Shown here piece by piece: positions 13,255 to 27,876 of a stretch of DNA of 64,000 bases (position 1 is the stretch's first letter; each line of letters opens with the position of its first letter). The stretch lies in the NCBI RefSeq assembly GCF_006345805.1, contig NC_043004.1, forward strand, positions 42,718,001 to 42,782,000, in the 5' to 3' direction. The notes beneath the pieces were generated by a model. The model was not told the DNA's origin and did no database searches. It saw nothing but the letters and a program-made list of their open reading frames with translations. The position numbers and the translations under genes are program-made. This stretch comes from Octopus sinensis (Eukaryota).

Positions 13255-15204
13255 AATAGACACACATTGAAACAAAAAATTGTGAAGACTATCATTGTTG
13301 GTATATGTGGGCGATTAAGATATTTTAAAGATTTTATGAGTAATTGTACTCAGGAGACAGCATTCCCCCGAACGCCTTCGAAATATGGACTTAAATGGAG
13401 AACCAATGAAGACCATTGCCAAACAACTACATGTTGCCAACCTCGACTATCAAGGCTGTAGATTATGAAGATATTTGACACAATTCGCATGTAGTAAATC
13501 GGAAATAATTCATATCTACAAAGACGCCGGGAAACAGTTCCCTCCTGCTAAGCTCCATGGAACGTTTGCTTCATGGCAAGTTTTGGTTCTCCTCTGGTGA
13601 GGTAATTTTTAGTGAGACAAGAAGTGTAACAGGAGAAATAGTAGCTGGGAATGTGCAGACCCTTCTAATATCCCTAGAGGTATGCAAACTGAGATTCGAT
13701 CGTAAGTGATATCAGCCAGTGAACAAAAATTTCAGCGACTAATCAACATCACACAACGCCTTACCTTCACTGGAATAAGGTCAATTTAGTTATTCTATGT
13801 CAAGAATTTCAGTCCCCCAAGGACTGTGAGAGAGGTTACCCAGAATAATTTCAGAAGAAAGCTTTGTCGAGATCATGAAACCAATTTCTTTTTTCTCATC
13901 TACGAAAGTTTGTACGTTGTTATCTTTAGCAATGGAATTGAGAGTAAATTCGAAAGCCATGCGTTTTCCAGGAACAAAGTAAATTTCTTTTCTACTGACA
14001 ATATCACTCTGTATAATTTTCACTTTTTCGTTTGCACAACACATCTTTCGCAATATTTTATATGCTTATATACGTTTCGATAAAATAGAACCATTACATG
14101 TAATATGGCTTATGTTTACCAACGATAAACTATTTTCTGTATATTCCTACTTTTGTATCCCGTAGTCCACTGTAATTCGGAGTAAAAACAGTAAAACTTA
14201 GTGAATAATTTACAACAAAAATAAATTAAACAGAATTTTATAAGTATTGCCTGTTTGCCTATAGCTTAGTGGGGGAAAATTAGTAGTCGGAGTTCAAATA
14301 TATTAAGCGGTAACTTTAAGCTGACATTTTAAAGGACATCTGAGGTAAAGGTAATAAAACGTTTCTTCGTCAGAGCTCATACACATGTACTTATAAATGT
14401 GTATGAAAACATTTATAGAATTTATCGTAACCAGAACGGCATCACAAAATTCATCTTTACACACTGCATCGAGATTTACATATGTATTAATGAGATGAGC
14501 GTACATCGCCGCCTTAAAGAGTTAACGAAACAGAGTACATGCTAACAAGCAATGCATCAGCTGGGGCGGGACTCCTACATTACACATTCACATATTATAA
14601 CATATACATACACTCCCAAACACATATATATCAAGTATAACTGCTGATTTTCGTTATATTCATTAAAAGTGTTACATTAAAATATATGGCTCTTGTCCTG
14701 ATGTTCTCATCTTCATTCCAATATTTGCTGAGGCCAACATTGCCTTACATTTCATTTGGGATCGATCTGATAAAGTTCTATCCCAGTGTTATTAGTGGCA
14801 CCAATTCTTAAAGCATTTACCATAATGCAATGGCGTATTTGGAACGTTTGCTTGTACATTCTGACTTCACCTGAAACTACAGAGGTGTCATAGTCAATCA
14901 ACTTTTGTAGTTCTCTTCAATAAGTTCGGTAGCGTGAAGTGAGTGTTCTGGATATAAGAACATCTGATATTCTATGATAGATAAGGGCGCTTATACCATT
15001 CTCTTTTGGCGAGATTTTTTCAGATGCAGACACTTGGCCGATTATAACTGATGTGGAACTTACATATAAAACTAATCGCTTTGGATAGTTCTGATTAGTT
15101 TATATTCCTGTTAGTATTGTTTTAACCCGCTCTCTCAAAACACAGAAAACGAAAATATAACATCTGACTTGTTATATTCTTCTAATTTTCTTGTTATATT
15201 GAAA

Positions 15205-15501
15205 CTAGCAGTATCGCCCGGCGTTGCTCGGGTTTGTAAGGGAAATAACTATATAAGCATTTTTAGAGAGTTACTTCCCTTATATAATAGCAAAAAAATG
15301 CATTAAAAATGGGAAAAAATGATGGTAAATTTTTTTTTATCGTAGACTCATCGTAGACGCACGCTAATACCCAGAAGGGATCGATATGAATCACGAGTAT
15401 AAGATACCTGCTTTCGGTTAAACTGCACCGCAAAATGTGGTAGTAGTTAGGAATCTAAATCGTAGGAGACAGACACACAACTTCACTTTTATATATAAAG
15501 A
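15205..15501 (-). mobile_element. Non-autonomous Helitron (297 bp) with both canonical termini
   Basis: On the minus strand: A|TCTTTATATATAAAAG 5' end at 15501; GC-rich hairpin CCCGAGCAACGCCGGG (15217-15232); 8-nt spacer; CTAG|T 3' end at 15205. Inserted between A and T with no TSD. Confidence 0.85.
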
Positions 15502-18056
15502 TATTTATTCAAAGCATATCATAAAAAAATATATAACACGTAATGGCGTAGGTATCCTAAGGACAGTCGTTTCGCCCCGGATATAAAGGCATGAATTCAA
15601 CTAAAGTTCGACGTAAAATTTTACTTTACAAATGTCACGATTCCGTTTTATTTTGGTAATTTAGATTGCACCTAATCTTCATTCCATTCTAAAGTTTGTA
15701 AGGCATTGTAAGAAGTGATAGCTAATTACCTCCATCCTGCTATCTTTTAATCATCTATACAAACACACTTTATACATACACACATACACTGAAGCAAAGC
15801 CAAAAAACATAAACTCCTCAAAAAGTTGAGATACACACGTAAGATGGACTACATATCTGTTTTTAGATTCAAATAGTGTTATAGTCAATAGCGATAATAT
15901 TGCTGTCAATGTTCCTTTTGTCATTGTTCTATCTGTTATTGCAGCATTTACCGAAAGTTAAACGTTTGCATATGCGGTAATTACATCCGTGACGAAGGAT
16001 AATCGATATGTGATAAGAAACAGGGAAATGCTTATCGCTAAAACAGTGTTGAACATTTGGAGAATAGCTGGCAACGAAATATAATATCATTCTCATTATC
16101 CTGCCTTCATTATTATATGTAACTCCTAAATCACTTTATATTCTTACAATTGCAAACGATAGCTATCTCATTAAGAGTCACTTGCGTTTCCATATACACA
16201 CAATTCTCTCTATACTACCGTAAACAACATTGTTGTATTTGGGTGAATGTATAGATATTTATACATAAGGACACGCACACATATATAAGGGACGTGTGTG
16301 TGTATGTGTATATGTGTTCCTAAGTGTGTATGATATTGCGCATTTGTTCACTGATATGGGTGTATAACTGGGAATGTCTGTACATAGCTATTCACGTGCG
16401 TGTGTATGCTCACCTCTGTGAGTGTAGCTCTGTTGGTGCTTGTGTGTATTTGACGTGTGAGTAAGTGAAATATATCCTGCAGTTATTTTTGCAGGTGTGA
16501 TATTTCATCCAATGTTAATCATTGTTAAATAGCACGTCGGTATTATCGGAGGAATTCTTTCGTTAATCAACAGAAATAAGTGACTCCTTTCTGCGAAAAA
16601 GATATTTGGAAGCCAAGACAGATTTATAATAAACAAAAGAACAATGAAGCAAAGAAAAAAATGAGAAATAAAAATAACACCGCCAAACAGCAGGAGGAAA
16701 TTACTTTTGACTAAAACAAAACTATGTAGCAAACAATTGTAATTTTCAAGATCTGAAGATTTGAAATTAGTAATATATTGATTAAGATGGGTAGGATGAA
16801 AAAAATGCATAATAGTGGGGACGAAAATAGAAGATTATCCTTATGAAATAAAAAATATAGTTAATGGAAGAAAAATATAATTGTTTATAATTGCTTTCAA
16901 ATTGGTTAAATGGATATGTGTAGTATTCGACGGAAGTATTTTATTTCTATAGCAACATTGTGGATTAAATATAAGCTCTTATCTTAGTAACCGACATAAA
17001 TGGCAGAGTTTCGATTCACTGCATTTAATTTTTCTTTGAATTATGTCTTATTTAACTGTTTGCATTGAAACAATGTGCAATTTAAAATTACCCCTGGTTC
17101 AACTTATGTCACGCTAAATTGGAAATCTGCTCTGCTTATGCATATACAGGATGTATTGATTTCAAATTGCTACTGTGGGTGGCATGAATTTGATTTCATT
17201 TTACCACGTAATTTATATGTATTTCACTTCAATACGTATGTCTGAGTATGTGTGTAAGATAGGCCACAGTTAGTGTTAATTGTAAGATGTAACCAGGTAC
17301 AACATAAGGTGTGGTGGGATTCTCAGTAAATAAGTCTTACCACGCCTGCTTGATAAGGAGGTGGATTTTGTTGAAAACCCAGCAAGATGGAAACTAAAAT
17401 CTGTCATTACACGGAAGAACCCACTATGATCAAGGGTCACCAACAGCTAAGAGAGAGATGCCCTAGTCTTTCTTCAGCTATCTCTCTAAGAGAATGAAAA
17501 CTTTGGTATAATTCTGACTTCATTTACATATGAATGTCGACTCCTGAGCGAATTGACAGAAATACCGCATGAATTGTTGCGATATGTGAAAAGCCACAAG
17601 TGGTTGTCGTTCCTTAAACTTCCGTCGATATAAATGTCAGGAGCACAGGTTTCTAAAACTATATCCGTTTCATTACGGATCCGGAGATTTCCATTAATTT
17701 CTTTTCGAATTATTTCAGTTTCGTTGGTGAGAGTCTTAGCAGTATTTAGCAACCTCTTATTCATTTGAAAGTTCAGCCGCGGAAATGCTGACAGACACCC
17801 CCTTTAACATTCACGCAAGTTTACATTCGGCTAGTGAGTCGACAACTACCATGTATATACGAATATATGAATACAAATGTATGTATTTATGTGTGTATGT
17901 GTGACCCCACTAGAATGGGAAAAAGCTCTAATAATCTGAATGATATGATCTGAATGATATATATATGTAAAAAATGTAATATATAAATAAATATCTATAA
18001 ATATGAACCATCCGATCTTCTGATTACCTCATTTCTTCTAATATATATATATATAT

Positions 18057-18108
<52 letters not shown>

Positions 18109-18137
18109 TAACGATAATAGTATGTAAGTTAAACGTA

Positions 18138-18582
18138 TTTTAATTCATCACTACGCGCGTTTCCAAAAATCACACTTTTCTTACGTCCATGTTCCTCATT
18201 CCTAGGATGATTACAGTACAATACGTAATATCAAGGGACACCAAGTGGATCTTAGTTCATGCGTTCATTTCCTCAGGCAATAAGGCATTAAAGTTGGAAG
18301 TAACGAATTTATAATTGAAAGATGTTTATCAATTCCCAATCAAATAGACATGAAAATACACAGAGAACAACCTTCAGTTATACATTCTTATAAACAACCT
18401 TCAGTTATACATTCGTTTTGTCCAACTTTAATGTCATATCGACTGAAAAAAAATGAACACATGAACAAACATCCACCTGATGTCCATAAATGTTACGAAT
18501 TGTACTGTAATCATCCCAGGAATAACGACTAAGGTAGTAAGAAACATATAACATCTGGAACGCGCGTAGCTATGCATTAACA
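18138..18582. mobile_element. Foldback-type MITE with long (~170-bp) imperfect terminal inverted repeats, TA-flanked
   Basis: About 18138-18310 aligns by eye to the reverse complement of about 18403-18582 (e.g. ctacgcgcgtttcca / tggaacgcgcgtag; ggatgattacagtacaat / attgtactgtaatcatcc). An internal 22-bp direct duplication aacaaccttcagttatacattc is present. Confidence 0.7.
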
Positions 18583-18624
18583 TATTAAGAACTTCCAGCC
18601 ATGACTTTTATTATCATTATTATC

Positions 18625-19131
18625 GCGTGAGAAAGCAGTGCATGACATCAAAGTGACACTGGAGTAAAATATACGAAGCCCAGTATATCTATCATGACTA
18701 TCCATCCGATAAGGGTACACTAGGCACATGCATCACAACCATATGTGCGCGACATTGTGATCTCATATAAAGAAAAACCGCACATGACCTTGCAGGTGGA
18801 GCCCAGTTAAAATTTTCTTCTGGTCGAGTAGCCCATTCCGCTCAAAAGGTCCCTGAATAAGGATTGTTTAGCGATGTTGAACGAACCACCCATGTTTCCA
18901 AATGGGAATTATCCAAACCTCCAAGAATTCATGGCTATGATGTTCCCCATCTACTTCTGCTCGTGATCGGAGATGCACATATCGTCAGCCACTAAAGGAC
19001 ATGGTCAACTGGTTACGGTCAAACAACTGACCAGCGAATCTGTGGTATTGAGCAGAATATTTGCTGTGGCGCATCTTTTATACCAAATGTAGTCCATCTT
19101 TTATACCAATGTAGCCCATATTTTATACCAA
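18625..19131. other. Probable interspersed repeat fragment, family not assigned
   Basis: GC step relative to the flanks, ending in a 22-bp triplication. It resembles a high-copy octopus repeat from memory only; not verified. Confidence 0.35.
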
Positions 19132-19134
19132 TTA

Positions 19135-19258
19135 TTATCATCATCATAATCCTCCTCCTCCTCCTCCTCATCATCATCATCCTCCTCTTTCTCCTCCTCC
19201 TCCTCCTCCTCCTCATCATCATCATTGTTGTTGTTGTTGTTGATGTTGTTATTATTAA
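19135..19258. repeat. Mosaic trinucleotide microsatellite (ATC/TCC/TGT)
   Basis: Direct reading. Confidence 0.9.
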
Positions 19259-19425
19259 TATTTCGACTACTATAGTTATCTTACATCATATATGTACAAC
19301 TAGGTAGAACGCCATAAAACTGTTATGGCAAGCGGACGTTATTAAGCCATAGACGACTTAATAGAATAAGAGTTTATATATGCGTACTCAAAGCACTTCC
19401 TATAAACGATTTTAAGAATATATAA

Positions 19426-19458
<33 letters not shown>

Positions 19459-19491
19459 CATGTATACGCATGCATACGTACATACATACAC

Positions 19492-19553
<62 letters not shown>

Positions 19554-21776
19554 CACATATATACGTATATATATATATATATGTAGGTATGTGTGTGTCA
19601 CTGTTCGTGCGTATTTATGTGTATATATGTTCGTACTTAAGGTGGCGAATAAGCAGAGACGTTAGAGTGTTGGATGAAATATCTTTGTTATTTGGTTAGC
19701 TTGGTTACTGAGCATGAACGTCGCTGTAGTCTTAATCCGTCACCGTTGGTTACCTTCAGTGCCGTTGACTCATTTGTAAACACTTACTTCTACCTGTTCC
19801 ACACGTTCACACTAGTGTTTGGACATTTTATAAGAATTTATTGTAAACAATGTCCATATATACAACGTGAAATCATTAATGAATATTTTCATATTAAGAT
19901 GTATTTATCCATGTTAGCGATCGAAAAAAAATCTGTAGTTTTGCTTTTATGCAAGAATACAATGCCAAAGTGTGAACGTTTCTTCAGATTTTCCAACACC
20001 TTTGTATACAGGGACAACATATTTGCATAGTGGGAACATATGTAGCATAAACATTAGCACCTTACTAACCACTGATGTATATTTCTATATCTCTCTCTAA
20101 CTATGTGTTTATCTGTATTAACGTGTATATATATATGGGTAAGTGATTGCGAAAACCATATACGGAACAGTATGAACTATACTGTACTGTGAATATTTCA
20201 TCAGGTGCCTCAATTCCTATATAGGTCAATGCCAACAACTGTATAAGGATTGTTTACACCACGCTATTGACAGTCAATATTTCTATAATAAAATAAACGT
20301 ATCAAACAGAGAGTGAGATGTGTTGATCCCGTGAAATTTGCAAGCCCCATCTCAATGAATATTGATCATGAATTTCGGTATATAATTACATGAATTTTTA
20401 AAATCCTTTAAGAATGATATGTGTATTATTCTTATCAGACTGGAAAGCCTAAAAAACTAGATACGATAAGGAAGTTTTGGTGAGAAACCTCGAAAATCTA
20501 TAGAAACAATGAAAGCTAAAAAGAGAAATAAACAAAAAATAATTTGAAAATAGAAGACAAAAAAAATTGAGGATATCGTATGAAATTAACTTCGTTCGCA
20601 ATTTGAATACGACTTATTAAACCGTATGGAGTGATTTAAGAAAGAATTGTATCATTGATATGTATGTGTATTTATATTGTTTGTATATCTGCACACTCAT
20701 TCACATATATAACACACATTTTACTATTCCCTTAATGTTACAATAACAAAATGCACTTCATTCACCGAGAGATGATTATCATTTCATAAACAGGATATAA
20801 ATGTCATGGAGTGTGCGTTTTATGCACTGATAGAGCATAAATTGGAATACTCGCCATGTATTATCCTGTAAAAGGAATTTGTCTTACTCAGAAAAAAAAA
20901 ACATGTCTGTTTTCTAAGAAAGAGGAAGAAAATATGAGACATGCTGGAATAAAAAAATGGAGGAGAAAAATATCAAATGTGAAAAAGAATGGGGTGCAAC
21001 AAAAAAGATTTGTGTCCTTCTGGCATGTTAGTTTGAAAATTACTAATGGTTGCCAGATTTCGACCCTTCCAACTAGCACCTCTTTGCACTGCTCAAATAT
21101 ACTGTATGAAGTACATCGAGTTGCTACGGACAAAGAAGCGCAGGAGGCGATGCATAAACATCAGCTTGGCCAGCTGAAATCCTTCTCCATAAGTATGTTT
21201 GTGGACGGCTTGAAGCAGTGCATCGGAAATCTAGGAGCCTTTGTCAAAAAATGGTGTAACTATTCAATTCCTGCTAGGGAACAATAGCGCTTATAACTTT
21301 TGATTTACCAACGGAACATCTGGAAATGGAACCTATAGGTTTCAGAACGGTTTTCCGCCTTTATCCTCTTCCTCCTCCATTTTCAAAGAGAAATTTTACT
21401 TAGGCAGGAGAGCCGTCACCTATGATGGCACATACGTGTTTTTATAAGTCTCAAAGAACATTATCTGTATTCTATTTACATTTGACACATGTTGACTTTG
21501 GTTCAACTAATATCCCTTGTGGTGTTGTTTGTGTATCTTTTCAATAACAAGGGGATTCTCTGCATTGATTCTAGGGAAGGCTTTATTAGGAATGACATTT
21601 TATGTATGTTTGTAGGTATGTTTGCATACGGAAAGTGATTTAAAATCTTATATAACTGTGAAAAGAAGAGAGAAATATTAAATGAAATAAGTAAACGGAT
21701 TGAAGCATTCACTTGTTTACAAAATTCAGATTCATAACTGAAAAATGTTATGCTCTCCCGGAACGTTGAGGGATTA

Positions 21777-21807
21777 TACATACATACATACATACATACA
21801 TACATAC

Positions 21808-21864
<57 letters not shown>

Positions 21865-21915
21865 TATATTATATATATATTATATATATATTATTATATA
21901 TATATATTTATTTAT
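21777..21915. repeat. (TACA)n plus (TA)n microsatellite
   Basis: Direct reading. Confidence 0.9.
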
Positions 21916-24361
21916 TTATAAAAATGCGTCACATATTCAGGATTGTATACCCACACAAAAACATAGCTATACATATATGCCTACATACTGGCATTCATAT
22001 GTATGTATATATGCGTGTATTTATGCGTGTACGTATGTATAAAATACCAAGCTTTTCGCCAGCATCGGTAGTTCCAATATGCATTTAACTGTAACTAGAT
22101 AAATTAGACATCTTTTCATGTTCAGGCAATGTGGAAATTTAAGAATTTTCCCTGGAGAAAATCCACCAGTTCTAGTGATTGTCTTCCACTTAGTTCACTT
22201 AGTTAACTGCTGTATTTTGCGTCATGATTTGGAAGTTATAAGACATAAATAGGCTACAAATTTATAGCCGTTTTCATTATTTAATGTTCTTATGCGACTG
22301 GCTGAATTGAAAATGCGTTTACAGATATATTAACAAATCACCCAAACACACACAAACACACACATACACGCACACATACTCACGCACACACGGTGTATAT
22401 TAACGGTGTCATTTTCTCTAAGTCAGCATTGCAACTGTGCAAGTATCTGCAGTCTTGTGCAGCGAGATGTGTTGGATACAGTGGAAGTAAACTCCAAGGT
22501 AGAGAGAAAAGTGTTAACAGGAAATATCAATCTATCGAACTGGTGAACAGTGAATGTATTAGACTCTACAGTTTTCATTATGACGAAAGCAAAGGTTCTC
22601 AATGAAGTTTACATAATTTGGCTCCCATAGCCACTCTACAGAAATGTTTCTAATGTTCAACCAGAATACAAATGTATTCAAGTGGTAGGTTGAGCTTCCC
22701 TAAATTAGCAGTGCGGAAATATTAAGTGCAGAGAAGGCGGTCCGTATGGTGCATAAGTGCTGAGAGGCTGGACCGGGGCATTTATACACAGACACACACA
22801 TATATGCACACATGCATACACGGACACGTGCACGCGCGTACACACACACACGCCGTGTATATATGATTGTAATGTATGACAGCTTGCACAGTATTATTTC
22901 ATATGAATATGAGCAAATACCTGAAACCTAACTAACTTAAAAAGTGACAAATGCAAAGATACACACATAAGAAAACAGGCGTGCAGACTCCCAGGTATTA
23001 ATATATTTATACTTTCATAATATGTATATATGTGCATAAAGTTATATATGGTTGAAAATGCAGACGCAGACACAATACTATACACACAGGAGAAATGCAC
23101 ATATGCATGAATGCATGATTTATCTAACGTTTATCACCTCGATACAGTCAACTGCAGAATCTTTTGTGATATTCTATCCAAAGGGATCAATACATAATGA
23201 ATGACGTAGGCTCAATTTACTTCGATAAAATATGTCAGGTTATAATGGAAAACTTTTGTAAATGTAATTGAAATACTGATAGGAGATTCCCCGATAAACT
23301 TGGCAACTGGACGACATATCCCAATACAATGTACTCATTTGATTATCTTTGAGTAGGTAGAAATATTTTGGCGTCATACAGCTATAAGAAGTGTTAAAAT
23401 CATAAGAACGTTCGCCCATAGTCTTATTCTACATCTACACAATTTTTATACGTTCGTTCATTCAGATAATTTTAAATGCATTATTTCATTTTAAAATGCA
23501 TTAATTTAGTGTAAAATGCATTAATATTCAGTTTCTGAGTTTAATCTGTAAGAAATTTGCCAAAGGGCTTGGAGCCTACATGGAAAGAATGAGATTTCGT
23601 TTAACCAGAATTAGAAAATAAATAAGAGTATATAATGTGAATTCACGTTCCTCAGACAAAAATATTTAAACATCATTATATTAAGCATTTTCTGCAAAAT
23701 TCATGCAAAATACGAATATTTATATTTGAATGATATAACATATAATGTATGTACGAGCCGCTGAGGTGCTAACATAGGCTAAAAAGAGAACATATTTCCA
23801 CAAGAAATAACAGCTAAAACTAGGATAAAATAAAGAATTACTCTCTCCAGAAATAAAAGACACGTTAGGAGTCGTTGGATATAAATATATCAAGAAAAGA
23901 AAATACCATCTAGAATATATTTCGCTATAGGTCTGCTTAATTAGAGCTGACAAAGGGTTAACAGGAACATGGATAAAAACAGCATTGAATATATTTCTTG
24001 TAACATTTAAATGCATAAGAATCCGAATTTACATTATTTTCTGAAGAATTTTCGCCCCTAAAATTCGTTACTGTTACAATATTATTGGATATACCTTAAT
24101 GTATTCATAAGTCTTGAAAGGCGTTGCTGTTTAGCTTCATCTCAGCTTATATCTAGTAATTCTGTAGTCAACCTTATTTCAGTTGTGAATGAAAAAGAAA
24201 ATCTGTTTTTTAGACATAATTATTCTTTTTACAGGATAGTGCGATAGGAAAGACATTGGATCATATTTGTTGTGGAGTGCTTTATTAGATAGAAATTATT
24301 TCGTTCAACAACTATTCACCTTGTCTTGTTTCGAACCTATATTATTGCTTTCATTATTTCG

Positions 24362-24786
24362 GGATCTTTTCGGTTTCAACGGCAGTTTTTAACATAATTT
24401 CTAGGTAACTAAAAAATTATAAACTTCGTATACTGGTAGAATGTGTTTATAAAACATCTTTTTCTCTTGGCTTTATTGAGAAAATTCTATAGTTTGTAAG
24501 ATATTTGTTATTGTTTTCTTCAATTTCTGCAATTTCAACCAATCACTGACGTCTATTGAGGTAAAAAACATTCTGTGCCGTATGAATATGTCCCTCGTTT
24601 AAGAAACAGATTGGCTTTATTTACATTTGTGAAGAAAAAAATACCCTTCCCCCCACGCCTAACCCTAACCCTAAACCTAACCATAAAACAGATTGAAATG
24701 CAATAGATTGATTCTAGGGTCATAATTATGGGTGACAATTTCATATGACACCGCTAGAAAAAACTGCCGTTCAAACCGAAAAGATC
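24362..24786 (+). mobile_element. ~420-bp MITE with ~27-bp TIRs and internal (CCCTAA)n, copy 1
   Basis: TIRs gatcttttcggtttcaacggcagtttt / aaaactgccgttcaaaccgaaaagatc; flanked by cattattt on both sides; homologous to 35306-35727. Confidence 0.85.
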
Positions 24787-25839
24787 ATTATTTTACTATA
24801 ACGTTTTAACTTCTGTTTAAATATGACCGACCAGAACAAACTTAAAAGTCGACCATATTTTACTGATAATGGTGAAGCCGAATCTAGTGTTGCGGAATAA
24901 ACATTTACGTGGCCATAACGCTGTTAGAAATACCAGCTACATTTTTTTAAAGTCTTCTCTTCGGAGTTTCCATTTATCAAAACAGGTCAGACTACAAGGT
25001 TTCAGTTCAGGCTTTGTAGTCGAAGCTGAAATTACATACGTCACATTTATTTCCACTATTTCACCGTTTCTGCCGACTCGTTTGTTGCCCTTGATTCAAC
25101 GAACTACTAAACATTAAATCATAAATTAGGACATTATATCATGGCATTATTTAAAACGTTCTTTGCTTTCCCTCTGTTTATTTCTCTCATATTTTGTAAT
25201 GCTTTTTTTTTCTTCTTTGCGTTTGTTGATCTGATAATATTTCTTCTGATGTTGTTGGAAGTCTTTCACTTTCAGATTTCGCATTATCATATACAATCTT
25301 AAAATTCAAATGATAAATTCCAGACATGGCAAACATTTCTGAAAGAATGTTTTAAACATTATAAATGACAAGTCAGATAAAAACAAAATAAATTATGGTT
25401 AGTTGATAACGTTGATATAAACAAAAATAAAAAAACGAAAAAATTCACTATGCTTGCTTTGTGAAGATCATCAGATAGCTAAATACATTTAGGCGGTTGC
25501 TATAAATGCATTAATTTTCTTGGTCAACATCGAGTAAATTCTCAATTATATCTTTGTATTAAATACATATGTACTGCTGTCCACACCCGAATATACATAG
25601 ACATAAACAGGAGATACACACAGACATAGACATTTCCTAACAACAACTAGAACAAGTAGAAAAATATATCGTCATATGTATGACTAAGTATATTATAAAG
25701 CAAATATTAGTAAACACTTAAATGTTTATATAGAACAGTTTCTATCTCACTCGCTCTGTCCTTTCGCAGCTTCATGGATAACTATAAGAAGTAGCTCCAG
25801 TCATTCATGATTGCTATATGTCTAGGAAAGAAATTCAAT

Positions 25840-25994
25840 TATATATACATACACACACACACACACACATACACACATATATATATATAAATATGCATAT
25901 GATAGAGACAGAAATAGAGAGAAAGAGAGCTTGAGAGAGAGTGAGACTGAAAGAGAATGAGAAATATATATATGTATATATATATATATTATAT

Positions 25995-26062
<68 letters not shown>

Positions 26063-26118
26063 CGTGTGTGTATATATATATGCATATATATATGAATATA
26101 GATATATATATATGTGTG

Positions 26119-26178
<60 letters not shown>

Positions 26179-26180
26179 TA
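25840..26180. repeat. (CA)n/(GA)n/(TA)n microsatellite cluster
   Basis: Direct reading. Confidence 0.9.
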
Positions 26181-27619
26181 TATGCATAGATATAAGTACA
26201 TACATATAGATGTATAGATATGTATAAATGGACGTCACAAAATGTAAAAATGTAATACGAAAATAAAGTTGGATACGCAAACAACGAGAGAAAAAATTTG
26301 AAAACAAGTCAAATAACATAAAATTAAACGACACTTCATTAGTTGTCGATTGTTCTTCTACTCCTTATTTCGAGCATACTGAAATTTCTTCATTTATTCG
26401 AAGACATCAGTTTCATTATTATACATAAACGCAGTTTTATTTGTATTATCTTTGTTTGAAATTTGTAGTACACATGAATATATTGAAACTTACTGCTCGC
26501 ATTTAATGGGTTAAGTTTCAAAATGTTTAATAATTTTAGTATCCGAATTTCTACTTTTCAAATTCCTTTAAATGAGAAATGGATTTCCATTTGTTTTCGC
26601 TTTATTTTCGTTGGAAATCTAATTATTAGAATGGGAAGAAAAATCTAACAGTATAATAGCCTCTTAATATTCTAGATGTGATCGTAATGAATAGTTTATA
26701 TGTTAGATGAAAACATATAAAAAATTCAAATCGACAAATTGTTAGGTTTTGTTTTTATTTCTATCTAAATAAAGTGCTTTTTTATTGAGCTTTCTCAGTT
26801 TTTCTCTTAATAAAAGCAAAGAAATGTCATACTTTGTTTTATTTCTTTGTAAGTTGTCTTGGATACGTATAAAAAATTTTAGTCGTTACAGCTGTGTAGT
26901 GGATATGTTATTTTTATAAGAATATTTTCCATGACTTGTTAATTGCAAAGTCATTAATTATTAATACTACGAAACATAATAATCGTGGAGCAAATTACTG
27001 TATGGAAGACCATACAATAAAAGCAATACTATCTCATAATTTTTCCGCATTTCTTTTAAGAATCTATAAAGTAAACGTAATAATTGTAATATATAGAATT
27101 TCATCTAAATGATGAATTTGCTATATGCGATATGATATATTTCGTACGTAAAATTATGTAAATACACAATGTTAGGCCACAATGAGGAAGCAATCGTTCG
27201 CTTCAAATTCTGAGTTGCCAAAGAGTACACAAGATGAAGGATGTATTTAATTTTTGTTTTGTTTTGTATGCAAGAACTTTGTTCTATGTGTACCTTCAGG
27301 GTAAATTCAGACTCTCAATACTACACCAAAATGCGTCTTCATGATATTGCTGGAGTAGTTCTACTTGTTCATGATGTTACTGCTACTGACGTGGTTTGTG
27401 AAGTTTTTGTTTTCTTTACGTGTGCTGATCAGGTCAGCCCTCATGGAAGACACCTAACGTCATATTCTGTTTCCAATATCGCAATTAAATATCTTATAAT
27501 TACTATATTGGAAATGCTGCCATTTTGTTTCCAGTCATAAGTTAGGTAGGCAAACAATATCAATCAATTGACCTTATAAAGACACCACAATTCTAAGCAG
27601 ATGTTACTTCGTTTGCAGT

Positions 27620-27876
<257 letters not shown>

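Noticed and set aside
12640-14053. Protein-looking minus-strand ORFs (12640-12846, 13790-14053) as exons of one gene
   Set aside because: No recognisable homology and no consistent exon phase could be established.
14920-15100. Minus-strand VIIGQVSASEKISPKENG, loosely like a cadherin repeat
   Set aside because: The DxD and DxNDN calcium motifs are absent and the frame is stopped on both sides.
17486-17764. 92-aa ORF containing DIYIDGS (RNase H-like motif)
   Set aside because: No other RNase H catalytic motifs and no adjacent RT.
20856-21287. 143-aa plus-strand ORF and the overlapping minus-strand frames
   Set aside because: I recognise no domain or supporting splice structure; left unassigned.
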